NCBI GenBank assembly: GCA_035562735.1
Contig: DATMWB010000014.1
Location: 1-54,210 of the forward strand
Length of the DNA stretch: 54,210 nt
Direction of reading: 5' to 3'
DNA from: Candidatus Methanoperedens sp.
GTDB lineage: Bacteria > Patescibacteriota > Microgenomatia > UBA12405
Positions 24,415-34,227 of this stretch are shown piece by piece. A program made the translations under genes and the position numbers. The notes below the pieces were generated by a model. The model searched no databases. It had not been told where the DNA came from and saw only the letters and a program-made list of their open reading frames with translations. Numbering within the stretch: position 1 is the first letter of the stretch; every line of letters starts with the position of its first letter.

Positions 24415-25800
24415 GTGAGAAGTTTAAAGAAAAAAGAATTGTTTTGGCCATTTTTAGTTGTCGGAGTGGGGGCTGTTTTAGTTTTTTTGTTGATTGAATT
24501 GCCACTATTAAATAAACCTATGATGGCCGAGGGCAACGCATATTCACGACTGCAGACGATTGTTATGGAAATAAATTCACCAAACTATTTAACGGATTTT
24601 TCTTGGTTGCCTTTTTATAACAAAATAATGTCTTGGCCGATGGGAGTATATAGCGAACCCACAGCGCAGTCGGTGAGAATTTTTAGTCTAATTATTACTT
24701 TGTTGAGTTCAGGGTGTGTCTATGCCTTAACTTATGAACTAACAAAGCTGAAATCCTTGTCTATAATTGCTCTTTCGTTTTTTTTGATAAACCCACTGAC
24801 TTTGAGCCTGTCGACTTTAATACTTTCGGAAAATCTTTGGATTTTTATGCTGCTATTGTCGCTGGTATTTTTGGTGCAAAAAAATAAAAAATACTGGGTT
24901 ATGGGGATAGTTGCTTGGTTTGTGTCACAAGGAATAAGATACGAATCATGGTATTTAACTCCGGTGTTAATGTTTATTATTTGGACAAGACATAGAAACT
25001 TAAAATTGTTGATTTCGTTTTTTATCGCTTCGCTCTTATTTCCTTTATATTGGATAATAGAGAGCTATCGATACACTGGAACTTATTTAAATATACTTAA
25101 TATTAAAAAGCATTATGCTGCTAATGGTCCGCAAAACATATATGGTCATCTGAATGAAAGTATCAGGGTTTGGTTGGAGAAAATTGAGCTAGTTATTTCT
25201 TGGCCTTTTGTATTGATTTATTTATTAGGAATTTATGAGTTTGTAAGGCAGAAAAATTGGTTATGGTTAATACCTACCGTATCGGTATTTTTATTAATTA
25301 TTCAGGTGTTTTTAGGAACAATGGAATATTTTCCAGCAAGATATTTAGTTGTATTACCTGCGACTATTTATCCTTTGATTTTCGTGTTTATAAAAAAACA
25401 TTACGAGAATAATATTTTGTTGGGTACGGGCATAATAGTATTTTTATTTATTTTTGAGCTGGTAAATATTATCCCAAGAATGAGACTAATTGATGTTGTT
25501 CCGGATAAAGATACTTTGGCGGTGGCAAATTATATTGAGCAGAATTTTGATAGAAATAGCAAAGTAAGGTATTTGGAAGAGGACAGTAGAGATACGACAT
25601 GGACTTTTAGTACGATTTGGTATTTTTCAAAAGTACCACTTTCAAGCTTTATTTATGCCAAAAAAAATAACGATGTGAATTTTGTTGGTGATGAGGAGAT
25701 GGTGACAATTATGGAAAAGGGAATAGATAAAAAGGTTGATAAATTATATAAAAAAATAATGTACGAGAATGACTACTATATTGTGTTTGGGAGAGAGTAA
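24415..25800 (+). CDS. Polytopic membrane protein, possible GT-C/PMT-like glycosyltransferase
   Basis: More than 10 TM helices plus a C-terminal soluble domain. The architecture resembles the 18187-19638 product. Confidence 0.35.
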   Translation: MRSLKKKELFWPFLVVGVGAVLVFLLIELPLLNKPMMAEGNAYSRLQTIVMEINSPNYLTDFSWLPFYNKIMSWPMGVYSEPTAQSVRIFSLIITLLSSGCVYALTYELTKLKSLSIIALSFFLINPLTLSLSTLILSENLWIFMLLLSLVFLVQKNKKYWVMGIVAWFVSQGIRYESWYLTPVLMFIIWTRHRNLKLLISFFIASLLFPLYWIIESYRYTGTYLNILNIKKHYAANGPQNIYGHLNESIRVWLEKIELVISWPFVLIYLLGIYEFVRQKNWLWLIPTVSVFLLIIQVFLGTMEYFPARYLVVLPATIYPLIFVFIKKHYENNILLGTGIIVFLFIFELVNIIPRMRLIDVVPDKDTLAVANYIEQNFDRNSKVRYLEEDSRDTTWTFSTIWYFSKVPLSSFIYAKKNNDVNFVGDEEMVTIMEKGIDKKVDKLYKKIMYENDYYIVFGRE

Positions 25801-25802
25801 AT

Positions 25803-26735
25803 TTATTTTTCAATGAAGCTCCATTTGGGATTGGTGGTGATTTCCGAAAATAGGATATCGCTATACATTTGGTTGGCGAGGGCGTTTGGATGTGGGTCTG
25901 TGGGGCTAAGGCTAAAGTTCATGTAAACTTTTTCATCGAAATATCTTTTGTATTTGTCCATATATTTACCAATACTTGTCGAAATAGTTGTTTTATTGTT
26001 TTTAGTGAGTAATTGATGGTAGTAGTCAAATTGGGTGTTGTCACGATGATAATCTTTATCGATGAGAAAAATGGCATTGTCTTTTGGGAGTAGTTGGATG
26101 CTTTGGTCGACGACACATTGATTAATAGGGTTTTTCCATGATTGATTAATGATTGAATCAATAGGAAAATCTTCAATGAAATAGGTTGGTTTTTCATTTA
26201 TGTACTTTTTTTGGCAATTATTTGTGATTGGGTCATTAGTATTCGACTTATTTAGAATGGCATCGTTTGTGACAGGGAGAATGATATAAAGGTTTGCAAA
26301 GATGAGATTGGATATTCTCTGATAGCTATTATAGTAGTCGAGAGTATTATTTCCACGTTTACCATAAGAAAAGACACGAGTTGGTCTAATTTTGTTTAAT
26401 CTTTTTTCTAATAATTTGGCGAATCTTTGGTTGTTTCTAACTCCTTGACCCCAAACATGAGAATCACCAATGATGGCAATTCGAAACTGGTTTTGTAAAA
26501 TTTCGCCTTTTAATTCATTGAGATTGTTTAGGGCTGATAGATCTTTTCCTCGGTCACCATAATCTAAAAAATTAAAATTTTCTTCTGATAAAACGTAACC
26601 ATGTGTATTGCTTTTTTGATAAAAAAATTTGTCGAAGAAATATTTTTCAGCGAGTCGATAACAAAGATAGCTTACGATTACACAGAGGGACAATGAAAGT
26701 AAAACTAAAAGGATAATTCTATTTGTTTTCTTCAT
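25803..26735 (-). CDS. TM-anchored SGNH hydrolase, tandem paralog 3 of 3
   Basis: Shared motifs AEKYFFDKFFYQKS, IAIIGDSHVWGQGV, LNKIRPT, DPHPNALANQMY, ITTNPKWSF. Confidence 0.6.
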   Translation of the reverse strand: MKKTNRIILLVLLSLSLCVIVSYLCYRLAEKYFFDKFFYQKSNTHGYVLSEENFNFLDYGDRGKDLSALNNLNELKGEILQNQFRIAIIGDSHVWGQGVRNNQRFAKLLEKRLNKIRPTRVFSYGKRGNNTLDYYNSYQRISNLIFANLYIILPVTNDAILNKSNTNDPITNNCQKKYINEKPTYFIEDFPIDSIINQSWKNPINQCVVDQSIQLLPKDNAIFLIDKDYHRDNTQFDYYHQLLTKNNKTTISTSIGKYMDKYKRYFDEKVYMNFSLSPTDPHPNALANQMYSDILFSEITTNPKWSFIEK

Positions 26736-27648
26736 TTGTGTCTATAAAGCCCCATTGTGGATTGGTAATAATTTCATTAAAAAGAGTGTTTGCATAAATT
26801 TTATTGGATTTAGAGGAGGGGTGGCTTTCGGCTTTACTTACTGATGAATTTATTGATATGTTATATGGGATGTTTATGATATTAAGATCGTTTGAAATTA
26901 TGTTGTTAAATTCATCATTAATATCAAACACACCTTGAATACTACTAAGATTGATGTAAATAGTGTTTGATTTTGGCAATAATGGCAGTAAGTTTTTATA
27001 GGCACAATAATTGGCCGAATTAATCGAGAGGGAAGATTTAACAGCCTGATAATATTTGTCTGGTGAAGGATTGTCATCAACATCGTAAATAACATTCTGG
27101 GGACAGTTTCTTATGAGAATGTTTAGAAAATCGTCTGAAGAATATCTATTATCACCGTTTAATAAAAAGTCATTATAGAGTAGTCCAAAGATATATAAGT
27201 TTGCTTGGCCAAAAACCGATAATGATTTTTTGTATTTTAAATAGTTATCAAATATATTATCACCACCTATTCCAAGTGAATATACTTTTGTTGGTCTAAT
27301 TTTGTTTAACTTATTTTCGAGGATGTGGGCAAACCTGTCTGGATTTTTTATGCCTTGTCCCCAGAGGTAAGAATCGCCCAATATAACAATTTTGTAATTG
27401 TGGTCGTCAAAAGTACCAAGAACATCGGAGTTACTTGAGTTTAAGGTGATAATATCTTTTGCTCTATCTCCAAAGTCGGCATAAGATAGTTTTGAATTAG
27501 TAGTCCAATAGCCGTGAGTGACACTTTTCTGAAAAAATATCTTATCAAAAAAGTATTTTTCTGCTATGTAGTAGCAAATGAAATAGGTAATAAGACATGT
27601 TATGGCTGATAAAAGAATAAGAATAAAAATTTTATGTAATCTTGACAT
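26719..27648 (-). CDS. TM-anchored SGNH hydrolase, tandem paralog 2 of 3
   Basis: AEKYFFDKIFFQKS, IVILGDSYLWGQGI, LNKIRPT, ESHPSSKSN, ITNPQWGF. Confidence 0.6.
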   Translation of the reverse strand: MSRLHKIFILILLSAITCLITYFICYYIAEKYFFDKIFFQKSVTHGYWTTNSKLSYADFGDRAKDIITLNSSNSDVLGTFDDHNYKIVILGDSYLWGQGIKNPDRFAHILENKLNKIRPTKVYSLGIGGDNIFDNYLKYKKSLSVFGQANLYIFGLLYNDFLLNGDNRYSSDDFLNILIRNCPQNVIYDVDDNPSPDKYYQAVKSSLSINSANYCAYKNLLPLLPKSNTIYINLSSIQGVFDINDEFNNIISNDLNIINIPYNISINSSVSKAESHPSSKSNKIYANTLFNEIITNPQWGFIDTNEENK

Positions 27649-28622
27649 TATTTAGTAAATTCCCATTGTGGATTGGTGGTGATTTCATTATATAAGATGT
27701 CGGCATACATTTGGTTAGCTAGGGCACTTGGATGACCTTCTTTTTGACTGATAATGAAATATTTTTGAATATTATTGTAATATTTGATGTATTTTGGAAG
27801 TTTTAAAGTGTTTATGTTTGTGCTTAAGAGATATTTACTATGGTTTATTAAGAATTCTTGGTATTTTTTATATAAAAAATTATTACCAAAATAATCGGTG
27901 GTAATAAAATAAATAGATTTATCCTTTGGAAGGATGGATAAACTTTGATTTAAAATACACATATTTACTGGATTGTTCCAGGCACTAGTAATAAAAGATT
28001 CATAATTTAAGAGATGGTGAATATCATTTTGGGAAATGAAGTCGCTGTCAAATACGGGTCGATAATTTTGAGTGGTTGATAAGCATTGGTTATAAACGGG
28101 AGATGACTTGTCGTTTTTATTTACTAAAATATCATTTTCAACTAAACTGAAAATGGTTATATTTGGATTTAATGTTTTTGATAAACTTTGATAATTATTT
28201 AGATAATCGACGATGTTCCAACCGGTTTTTCCCAAAGATAATATCTTTGTTGGACGAATTTTATTTAGTTTTTTTGAGAGAAGGTGAGAAAATCTTTGAT
28301 TATTTTTTACACCTTGTCCCCAGAGATATGAGTCACCAAAAATTACGATAGTGTAGGTTTTTTCCATATCATCTAGTTTGAAGTTGCTTTGAGTCTCGAG
28401 ATCTTGACTGCGTTCGCCAAAGTCAATGTGATTACTCTTATTGTAGTTTTCGGGTATATATCCGTGGGCGATACTTTTTTGATAAAAAAATTTGTCAAAG
28501 AAATATTTTTCAGCAATAAGATAGCAAAATAGATATGTTGAAAGTGATAACAGAATCGATAAAAACAATAAAGGTAATACTTTTTTGATTTTTTTCACTG
28601 GTCTAAAAAAGCATATATACAA
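27648..28622 (-). CDS. TM-anchored SGNH hydrolase, tandem paralog 1 of 3 (start may be GTG at 28598)
   Basis: AEKYFFDKFFYQKS, IVIFGDSYLWGQGV, LNKIRPT, EGHPSALANQMY, ITTNPQWEF. The ATG at 28622 overlaps the small upstream ORF. A GTG at 28598 would give MKKIKKVLPL, matching the paralog N-termini. Confidence 0.6.
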   Translation of the reverse strand: MYICFFRPVKKIKKVLPLLFLSILLSLSTYLFCYLIAEKYFFDKFFYQKSIAHGYIPENYNKSNHIDFGERSQDLETQSNFKLDDMEKTYTIVIFGDSYLWGQGVKNNQRFSHLLSKKLNKIRPTKILSLGKTGWNIVDYLNNYQSLSKTLNPNITIFSLVENDILVNKNDKSSPVYNQCLSTTQNYRPVFDSDFISQNDIHHLLNYESFITSAWNNPVNMCILNQSLSILPKDKSIYFITTDYFGNNFLYKKYQEFLINHSKYLLSTNINTLKLPKYIKYYNNIQKYFIISQKEGHPSALANQMYADILYNEITTNPQWEFTK

Positions 28623-28746
28623 AGGATGATATCGGTGATGTTTGGGAGAAAATTATCAAGGCTCCAAAAATAATTAGAATAACAATTGGAGGTATTAGCC
28701 ACCATTTTTTATTCTCTAAAAGATATTCGATTAGTTCTTTCCACAT
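28603..28746 (-). CDS. 47-aa single-TM protein (DUF5989-like), absent from the supplied ORF track
   Basis: Manual translation gives MWKELIEYLLENKKWWLIPPIVILIIFGALIIFSQTSPISSFVYMLF*. The ATG lies 2 nt after the carbamoyltransferase stop. The KKWWL-IP-TM-...F(V/I)Y.LF pattern matches the small proteins that typically follow NodU-type carbamoyltransferases. Confidence 0.6.
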   Translation of the reverse strand: MWKELIEYLLENKKWWLIPPIVILIIFGALIIFSQTSPISSFVYMLF

Positions 28747-28747
28747 A

Positions 28748-30448
28748 TTATTTTTTGATAAGGTAATTATTAATAACTAAATAATCTATTTCTGTATTCA
28801 AAAAGCATTTTATAGCATCTTCTGGTGTACAAACAATTGGTTCTCCTTTGACATTAAAAGAAGTGTTGAGTATCAAGGGAATGCCAGTTTTTTTGTAATA
28901 ATCATTGATTAACTGATAATATTTGGGATTTGATTTTTGATCGATGGTCTGAAGACGACCACTACCATCTACATGAACAACAGCGGGAACAAGATCTTGG
29001 ACTGATTTTTTAAAAGGGTATACCATAAGCATGTAATCAGCTGAAATAGGAATGTTTTTATCGGTAATAAAGAATTTTTTGGTGTGTTCTCGAAGAATTA
29101 CAGGAGCAAAAGGGCGAAACATTTCACGATGTTTTACTTTGGCATTGATAATATCTTGCATTTCTTGGCTAGTAGCCGCGGCGAGTATACTTCGATTGCC
29201 TAAAGCGCGTGGTCCCCATTCCATTTTTCCTTGAAAAAAACCAATTACTTTTTGTCTGATTAGTAAATCAGAAACTAGGTCATTTAACTTTTTATCATCA
29301 GAAATAAGGGTAGATTTTAGTTTGTATTTTTTGATGGCAGTTTTGACTTGCCAAGGAGTAAAATCTGGCCCAAGATAAGGTGAGGGGAGTAATTTGGGGG
29401 GTGTTTTGGTTAAATGATGATATAGATAAAGAGCAGCGCCCAGTGATGCTCCGCCATCGCCAGGATCAGGAGTAATATAGAGATTCTTAAATGGTGTATT
29501 TTTGAGGATTTTACCGTTTGCTAGAGAATTTAAGGCAGAACCACCAGATAAGACCAAATTTTTTGAGGGATATTTCTTATAAAGCTTATTTAACATAAAA
29601 AATAGGGTTTCTTCAAAAACTTGTTGAGTGGCAGCGGCAATGTTCTCATAGCGAGGAATCATATCAGAATCTTTTTCTCTAGCTGGTCCATCAAGTAATT
29701 TACACAAATGATGATTAAACATTTTTTCTTGGTATTCAAAAGAAAAATATTTTGTATTTAATTGAAAGCTGCCGTCGGAATTTAATTTTATAAGGTTTTT
29801 TATTTTTTTATAGTATTCTTTTGGATGTTTTCCATAAGCAGAAAGACCCATGACCTTGTATTCATCATTGTTGACAGCAAAACCTAAATAAGCGGTCATG
29901 GCACTATAAAAAAGACCTAATGAGTGAGGAAAGTTAATTTGTTTTTTTAGAAAAATTTTATGTTCCTTGGCAAAGCCATAAGTGGTGGTAGCCCATTCGC
30001 CGACACCATCAAGAGTTAAAATGGAGGCCTGCTTAAAGGGGGAGGTAAAGTAGGAGGCAGCAGCATGAGAAAGATGGTGGGGAATAAAATTAATTTTGTT
30101 GTGGTAATGAAGCTCATTTCTAAGAATTTCTCTGATTCGAAGTTTTTGTAAGATCCAGTTGGGAATAGTATCGAAGAAAATTTTAATACTTTTTGGAAAG
30201 TGTTTAGTATGTTGTTCTAAAATTCTTCCAAATTTTATAATGGGTTTTTCGTAAAAGACAATATTGTCAACTTCATTGATAGCAATTCCAAGGGAGTTCA
30301 AACAGTAATTTATTGATTTGTAGGGAAAGTTATTGTCATGTTTTTTTCGAGTAAATCTTTCTTCTTGGGCAGCAGCAATGATTTCACCATCCTTAATAAT
30401 GGCGGCAGCTGAATCATGATAAAAACATGAAAGTCCAAGGATAATCAT
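28748..30448 (-). CDS. Carbamoyltransferase (NodU/CmcH family)
   Basis: MIILGLSCFYHDSAAAIIKDGEIIAAAQEERFTRKKHD, HHLSHAAASYF, LSGGSALN, NTSFNVKGEPIV. Confidence 0.9.
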   Translation of the reverse strand: MIILGLSCFYHDSAAAIIKDGEIIAAAQEERFTRKKHDNNFPYKSINYCLNSLGIAINEVDNIVFYEKPIIKFGRILEQHTKHFPKSIKIFFDTIPNWILQKLRIREILRNELHYHNKINFIPHHLSHAAASYFTSPFKQASILTLDGVGEWATTTYGFAKEHKIFLKKQINFPHSLGLFYSAMTAYLGFAVNNDEYKVMGLSAYGKHPKEYYKKIKNLIKLNSDGSFQLNTKYFSFEYQEKMFNHHLCKLLDGPAREKDSDMIPRYENIAAATQQVFEETLFFMLNKLYKKYPSKNLVLSGGSALNSLANGKILKNTPFKNLYITPDPGDGGASLGAALYLYHHLTKTPPKLLPSPYLGPDFTPWQVKTAIKKYKLKSTLISDDKKLNDLVSDLLIRQKVIGFFQGKMEWGPRALGNRSILAAATSQEMQDIINAKVKHREMFRPFAPVILREHTKKFFITDKNIPISADYMLMVYPFKKSVQDLVPAVVHVDGSGRLQTIDQKSNPKYYQLINDYYKKTGIPLILNTSFNVKGEPIVCTPEDAIKCFLNTEIDYLVINNYLIKK

Positions 30449-30651
30449 TAATACATAACCTCCAGTGATGATTTATTTGAGTGTTTTTGCCAACAAATTG
30501 ATTTGTCTTTTTTTGAGAATTTTAGAAAAATATGTCCTAAAAAGATACCAATAAAATATATAAAAAAACAACCAACAAAGGTGGTTATTTTTTGAATGAT
30601 TTGAGTATAGTTAGTAAAAATATTTTTTAATGTTTTCAAAGAAAAAAACAT
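30448..30651 (-). CDS. Small hydrophobic protein (67 aa), translationally coupled to the carbamoyltransferase
   Basis: The internal ATG at 30651 lies just after the upstream stop at 30656-30658. There is one clear TM helix, TTFVGCFFIYFIGIFLGHIF. The TAATG stop/start overlaps the next gene. Confidence 0.35.
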   Translation of the reverse strand: MFFSLKTLKNIFTNYTQIIQKITTFVGCFFIYFIGIFLGHIFLKFSKKDKSICWQKHSNKSSLEVMY

Positions 30652-30655
30652 AAAA

Positions 30656-32023
30656 TTATTGTAACATTTGAAGCTCAAGAAGATAAGCGGTGTTTGGTTC
30701 GAGGTATAAGTTTTCAACATAAGTAGCTGAGGAAATGGTAAATATTTTTGAGTTAGTTTTACCTAAATATTTACTTGTTTTTAATTGATATCTTCCCGGA
30801 GTTAGACCTTGAAAGGTAATTGGCGTTGTCTCGACATGTAAATTTTTGGGATCGTAATTAACTATTAAGGTTTTAATACTTTTGGATGTTTTTGAAGAAA
30901 GTGATGTTACCCAAGTACCATCACCTGTCGACGATAGCTGTTGACCATCAAGTTGGTTAATAAATTGGAAGGCAAAAAAACGAGGTTTTGGTTTGTTGTC
31001 GTGAGTCAATATACCCCAACCGGTTGATTTTTCGGAACGTGGTGAAGGACCATCAACGGCTTCAAAAGTAAAAAGACGATGTATTTTGCCATATAATTGG
31101 GTTGTCAATGAAATCAGATGAATGCCACTTTGGAAGTTATCGTAACTTGGGTCTGGTTCAGGATTTGGACCGACCTCAGTGATTAGTCTTTCAATATTAA
31201 AATATTGTGGATAGTCAGAAATAATTTTATTTAGACTATCAAATTCATTAAGATAATCATTCATATTTGTTGAATATTTGTGCCAAGAAATAAAATCTAA
31301 GGGAAGATTGTTTTGAGAGGCGGTTTTAAATAAGGCTTTTATCCAATTGCTGTAATAGGCGGTGGTGGCGGGACCACCAATCTTGTATAAGGATCCCTTA
31401 GCCCCTTGGGCAACTGCTTTGGCTGTGTTGATATAGAGGATAGAATAATTAGGACTTCTTCCATAGTGCCAACCACCAAAGAGATCTGGTTCATTCCAGA
31501 CTTCGTAGTAAATTCCTGAGATATTTTTTTTAATTGAGTAATGTTGAGCAGTAGCGATAACTAGATTATTCCATTGAGTCCAGTCTTTTGGTTCACCAGC
31601 GTTTTGATTGTTTTGGCTCATGGAAGCAGTAGTGTAAGAAAGAGAAAGCATTGGTTTGGCGCCAGTACTGATAATGCTATTAACAATCTCGTCAAGGCGG
31701 GAAAAGTCATAATTACCATTGCCTTGATCCACATTGTAATAGTCAAAAAGATGATCTATGCGGATTAATTCAGGTTTTATTAGTCGAAGCTGTGAAGCAA
31801 CGGGTTTTATCATATCAAGGGGTTCTTCGCCTCCTTGAGATAAATTTCTCCACAAGGATGGATTAATATTTGTATTTTGAGTTTGGGTATTGATGATTAT
31901 ATTGGCTAAGGTTCCTGCGGCAGAGCGGCGGAGATCAAGAATTGATTTGGTGGCGAGAACTAAGATGGGAAGAAATAAAATTAAGAGGATAGATTTAATG
32001 GACTTCACTATAAAATTATACAC
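30656..32023 (-). CDS. Secreted glycoside hydrolase, clan GH-A (GH39/GH5-like)
   Basis: N-terminal signal/TM. Acid/base motif YYEVWNEPDL. Candidate nucleophile LITEVGP about 100 aa downstream. C-terminal beta-sandwich-like region. Confidence 0.6.
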   Translation of the reverse strand: MYNFIVKSIKSILLILFLPILVLATKSILDLRRSAAGTLANIIINTQTQNTNINPSLWRNLSQGGEEPLDMIKPVASQLRLIKPELIRIDHLFDYYNVDQGNGNYDFSRLDEIVNSIISTGAKPMLSLSYTTASMSQNNQNAGEPKDWTQWNNLVIATAQHYSIKKNISGIYYEVWNEPDLFGGWHYGRSPNYSILYINTAKAVAQGAKGSLYKIGGPATTAYYSNWIKALFKTASQNNLPLDFISWHKYSTNMNDYLNEFDSLNKIISDYPQYFNIERLITEVGPNPEPDPSYDNFQSGIHLISLTTQLYGKIHRLFTFEAVDGPSPRSEKSTGWGILTHDNKPKPRFFAFQFINQLDGQQLSSTGDGTWVTSLSSKTSKSIKTLIVNYDPKNLHVETTPITFQGLTPGRYQLKTSKYLGKTNSKIFTISSATYVENLYLEPNTAYLLELQMLQ

Positions 32024-32043
32024 AGTAGTATATAATTTAGGTC

Positions 32044-32823
32044 ATGCTTAGTATTGGGATTGGACAAAGACGGTGGTGGGATTTTTTGTTGACCATGACA
32101 GAAAGAGAAATTAAATCAAAATATAAATTTAGTGTTTTAGGACTTTTTTGGATAGTACTCAATCCAATTATTCAGATGTTGGTAATCGGATTTGTTTTTA
32201 GGTTTTTCACTTCTATAAAAACCGAAATTTACATGATGTATTTATTTTCTGGATTAGTTGTATGGAACTTTTTTTCATCAAGCGTAACTAGAAGTACACC
32301 AGCAATTGTAAATGAAAGATATTTGCTAAAAAAGGCCAAATTTCCTCGGGAGACAATAGTGTTGTCAATTGTATTGTCAAATTTAGTTCAATTAGCACTG
32401 TCAGTTGTGTTGATGATATTAATAGCCATTTTTTTAGGGGTAAAGATTTCCTTTGCTTATTTAATATTTTTACCCTTATCGTTACTATTAATTGCTTTGT
32501 TTACAGCTGGTTTTGCTTTGGTTTTTTCATCTTTGAATGTAAAGTATCGAGATACGAGTTTTGTGATTAATTTTTTAGTTTCAATTTGGTTTTATGCGAC
32601 TCCGGTAATATATTTATTGACAATGTTGCCGGAATGGATGTCAAAGTGGTTATATTTAAATCCTATGACAGGGTTAATAGAATTTTTTCGTTGGATAATG
32701 CTTGGATTAGAAGTTGAAAATTGGTTTTTCATGTGTGGTAATTTGTTTTTTGCATTGCTAACTTTTGTAATTGGAAATTATGTTTTTAAACGGTTTAGTT
32801 TAGATTTTGATGACTGGGTATAA
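32044..32823 (+). CDS. ABC-2 type polysaccharide/teichoic-acid exporter permease (Wzm/TagG-like)
   Basis: EREIKSKYKFSVLGLFWIVLNPIIQM followed by 6 TM helices. Confidence 0.8.
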   Translation: MLSIGIGQRRWWDFLLTMTEREIKSKYKFSVLGLFWIVLNPIIQMLVIGFVFRFFTSIKTEIYMMYLFSGLVVWNFFSSSVTRSTPAIVNERYLLKKAKFPRETIVLSIVLSNLVQLALSVVLMILIAIFLGVKISFAYLIFLPLSLLLIALFTAGFALVFSSLNVKYRDTSFVINFLVSIWFYATPVIYLLTMLPEWMSKWLYLNPMTGLIEFFRWIMLGLEVENWFFMCGNLFFALLTFVIGNYVFKRFSLDFDDWV

Positions 32824-32824
32824 G

Positions 32825-33514
32825 ATGAAAAAAGGGGAAATTATTCTTGATAAAGTATCTAAAATATATGAGTCTAGGCAGGGTGGTGAATTTTATGTGG
32901 CGCTTGATAATATAAATTTAAAAATTAAATCAGGTGATAGAATTGGTCTAATTGGGTGTAATGGAAGTGGAAAGACAACACTATTAAAATTAATCGCAGG
33001 GATTGCAAAGGCAAGTAGAGGAGAGGTGAGAGTTGAGGGAAAGGTAAATTCTCTTTTAGAAATAGGTGCTGGTTTTCATCCGGATTTGTCAGGGATTGAT
33101 AATATAATGTTAAATGGTTTGTTGGCGGGAATGAGCAGAAATGAGGTGTTGGAGTTAAAAAATAAAATTGTAGAATTTTCTGATTTAGGTGAACATATTG
33201 GAATGCCATTTTATACTTATTCTTCAGGAATGAAGTTAAAATTGGCTTTTTCAGTGGCGGTAGCAGCAGATCCTGATATTTTGATTTTTGATGAGGTGGT
33301 ATCGATGGGGGATGAAAAGTTTATAAAAATGTTTAAAGACTATTTTTCAGAGGTTTTGAGACAAAGAAAAACAGTACTTTTTGCAACCCATGTTTTAGAA
33401 GTATTGTCTTTGTATTGTGATAAAACAATTTGGATGGACAAGGGAAGGGTTAGATTGATGGGGAAGACAGATGAGGTTATAAAGCAATATCGTAAGGAGT
33501 ATGGTAATGAGTAA
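32825..33514 (+). CDS. ABC exporter ATP-binding protein (Wzt/TagH-like)
   Basis: Walker A GCNGSGKTTLL, signature YSSGMKLKLAF, Walker B ILIFDEV. The ATG at 32825 follows the permease stop directly. Confidence 0.85.
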   Translation: MKKGEIILDKVSKIYESRQGGEFYVALDNINLKIKSGDRIGLIGCNGSGKTTLLKLIAGIAKASRGEVRVEGKVNSLLEIGAGFHPDLSGIDNIMLNGLLAGMSRNEVLELKNKIVEFSDLGEHIGMPFYTYSSGMKLKLAFSVAVAADPDILIFDEVVSMGDEKFIKMFKDYFSEVLRQRKTVLFATHVLEVLSLYCDKTIWMDKGRVRLMGKTDEVIKQYRKEYGNE

Positions 33515-34223
33515 GACGTCAGATTGGAACAGAGATAAATTTGGTAAAAAAGGGGCTTTTAGTTATTATGAGGGTAACAAAGAAAACTCGATTCGGATTG
33601 AAATAATAAAGAAAAAGGTTGGTGAGTTTTATCAAAATAGAGGAAAAAAGAAATTGAAAATACTGGACTTGGGGTGTGGAGATGGAAAAATATGCCAACT
33701 TTTTAAAAGTATAGGTTTTGACGTATATGGAGTTGACGTAAGTAAGGAAAATATAAAAAAGGTTAACAAGTTAGGTGTTTTTGGATTGGCCGCGAACATT
33801 GAAAAGGGATTGCCTTATGGTGATAATTTTTTTGATTATGTATTTGCAGGTGAGGTGATTGAACACCTAATTGATAGTCGAACATTTTTTTATGAGGTTA
33901 ACAGAGTCTTGAAAAAGAACGGATTTTTATTGATAACCACACCAAATTTGGCTCATTTACCGGAAAGGTTCAGATTACTGTTTGGAAAGAATCCAACTCA
34001 GGTTTCCCCAATTCATGATTTTTTATACTTACATGTAAGACCCTTTACTTGGGATATGTTGAAATATGCTCTTGAGTTATACAAATTTAAAATCTTAAGT
34101 TTGAAATCAACAATGGTGGTGTTTAGGTGGGACGGAGACAGGGTTGTTTGTGGATCAAGGTTTTTGGGAAATTTGTTCCCGACTTTTGGTTTTACGCTGA
34201 TTGTTGAGGTTCAGAAAAGATAG
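33501..34223 (+). CDS. Class I SAM-dependent methyltransferase
   Basis: ILDLGCGDGK motif I; VFAGEVIEHL; LKKNGFLLITTPN. Confidence 0.8.
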   Translation: MVMSKTSDWNRDKFGKKGAFSYYEGNKENSIRIEIIKKKVGEFYQNRGKKKLKILDLGCGDGKICQLFKSIGFDVYGVDVSKENIKKVNKLGVFGLAANIEKGLPYGDNFFDYVFAGEVIEHLIDSRTFFYEVNRVLKKNGFLLITTPNLAHLPERFRLLFGKNPTQVSPIHDFLYLHVRPFTWDMLKYALELYKFKILSLKSTMVVFRWDGDRVVCGSRFLGNLFPTFGFTLIVEVQKR

Positions 34224-34227
34224 AAAT

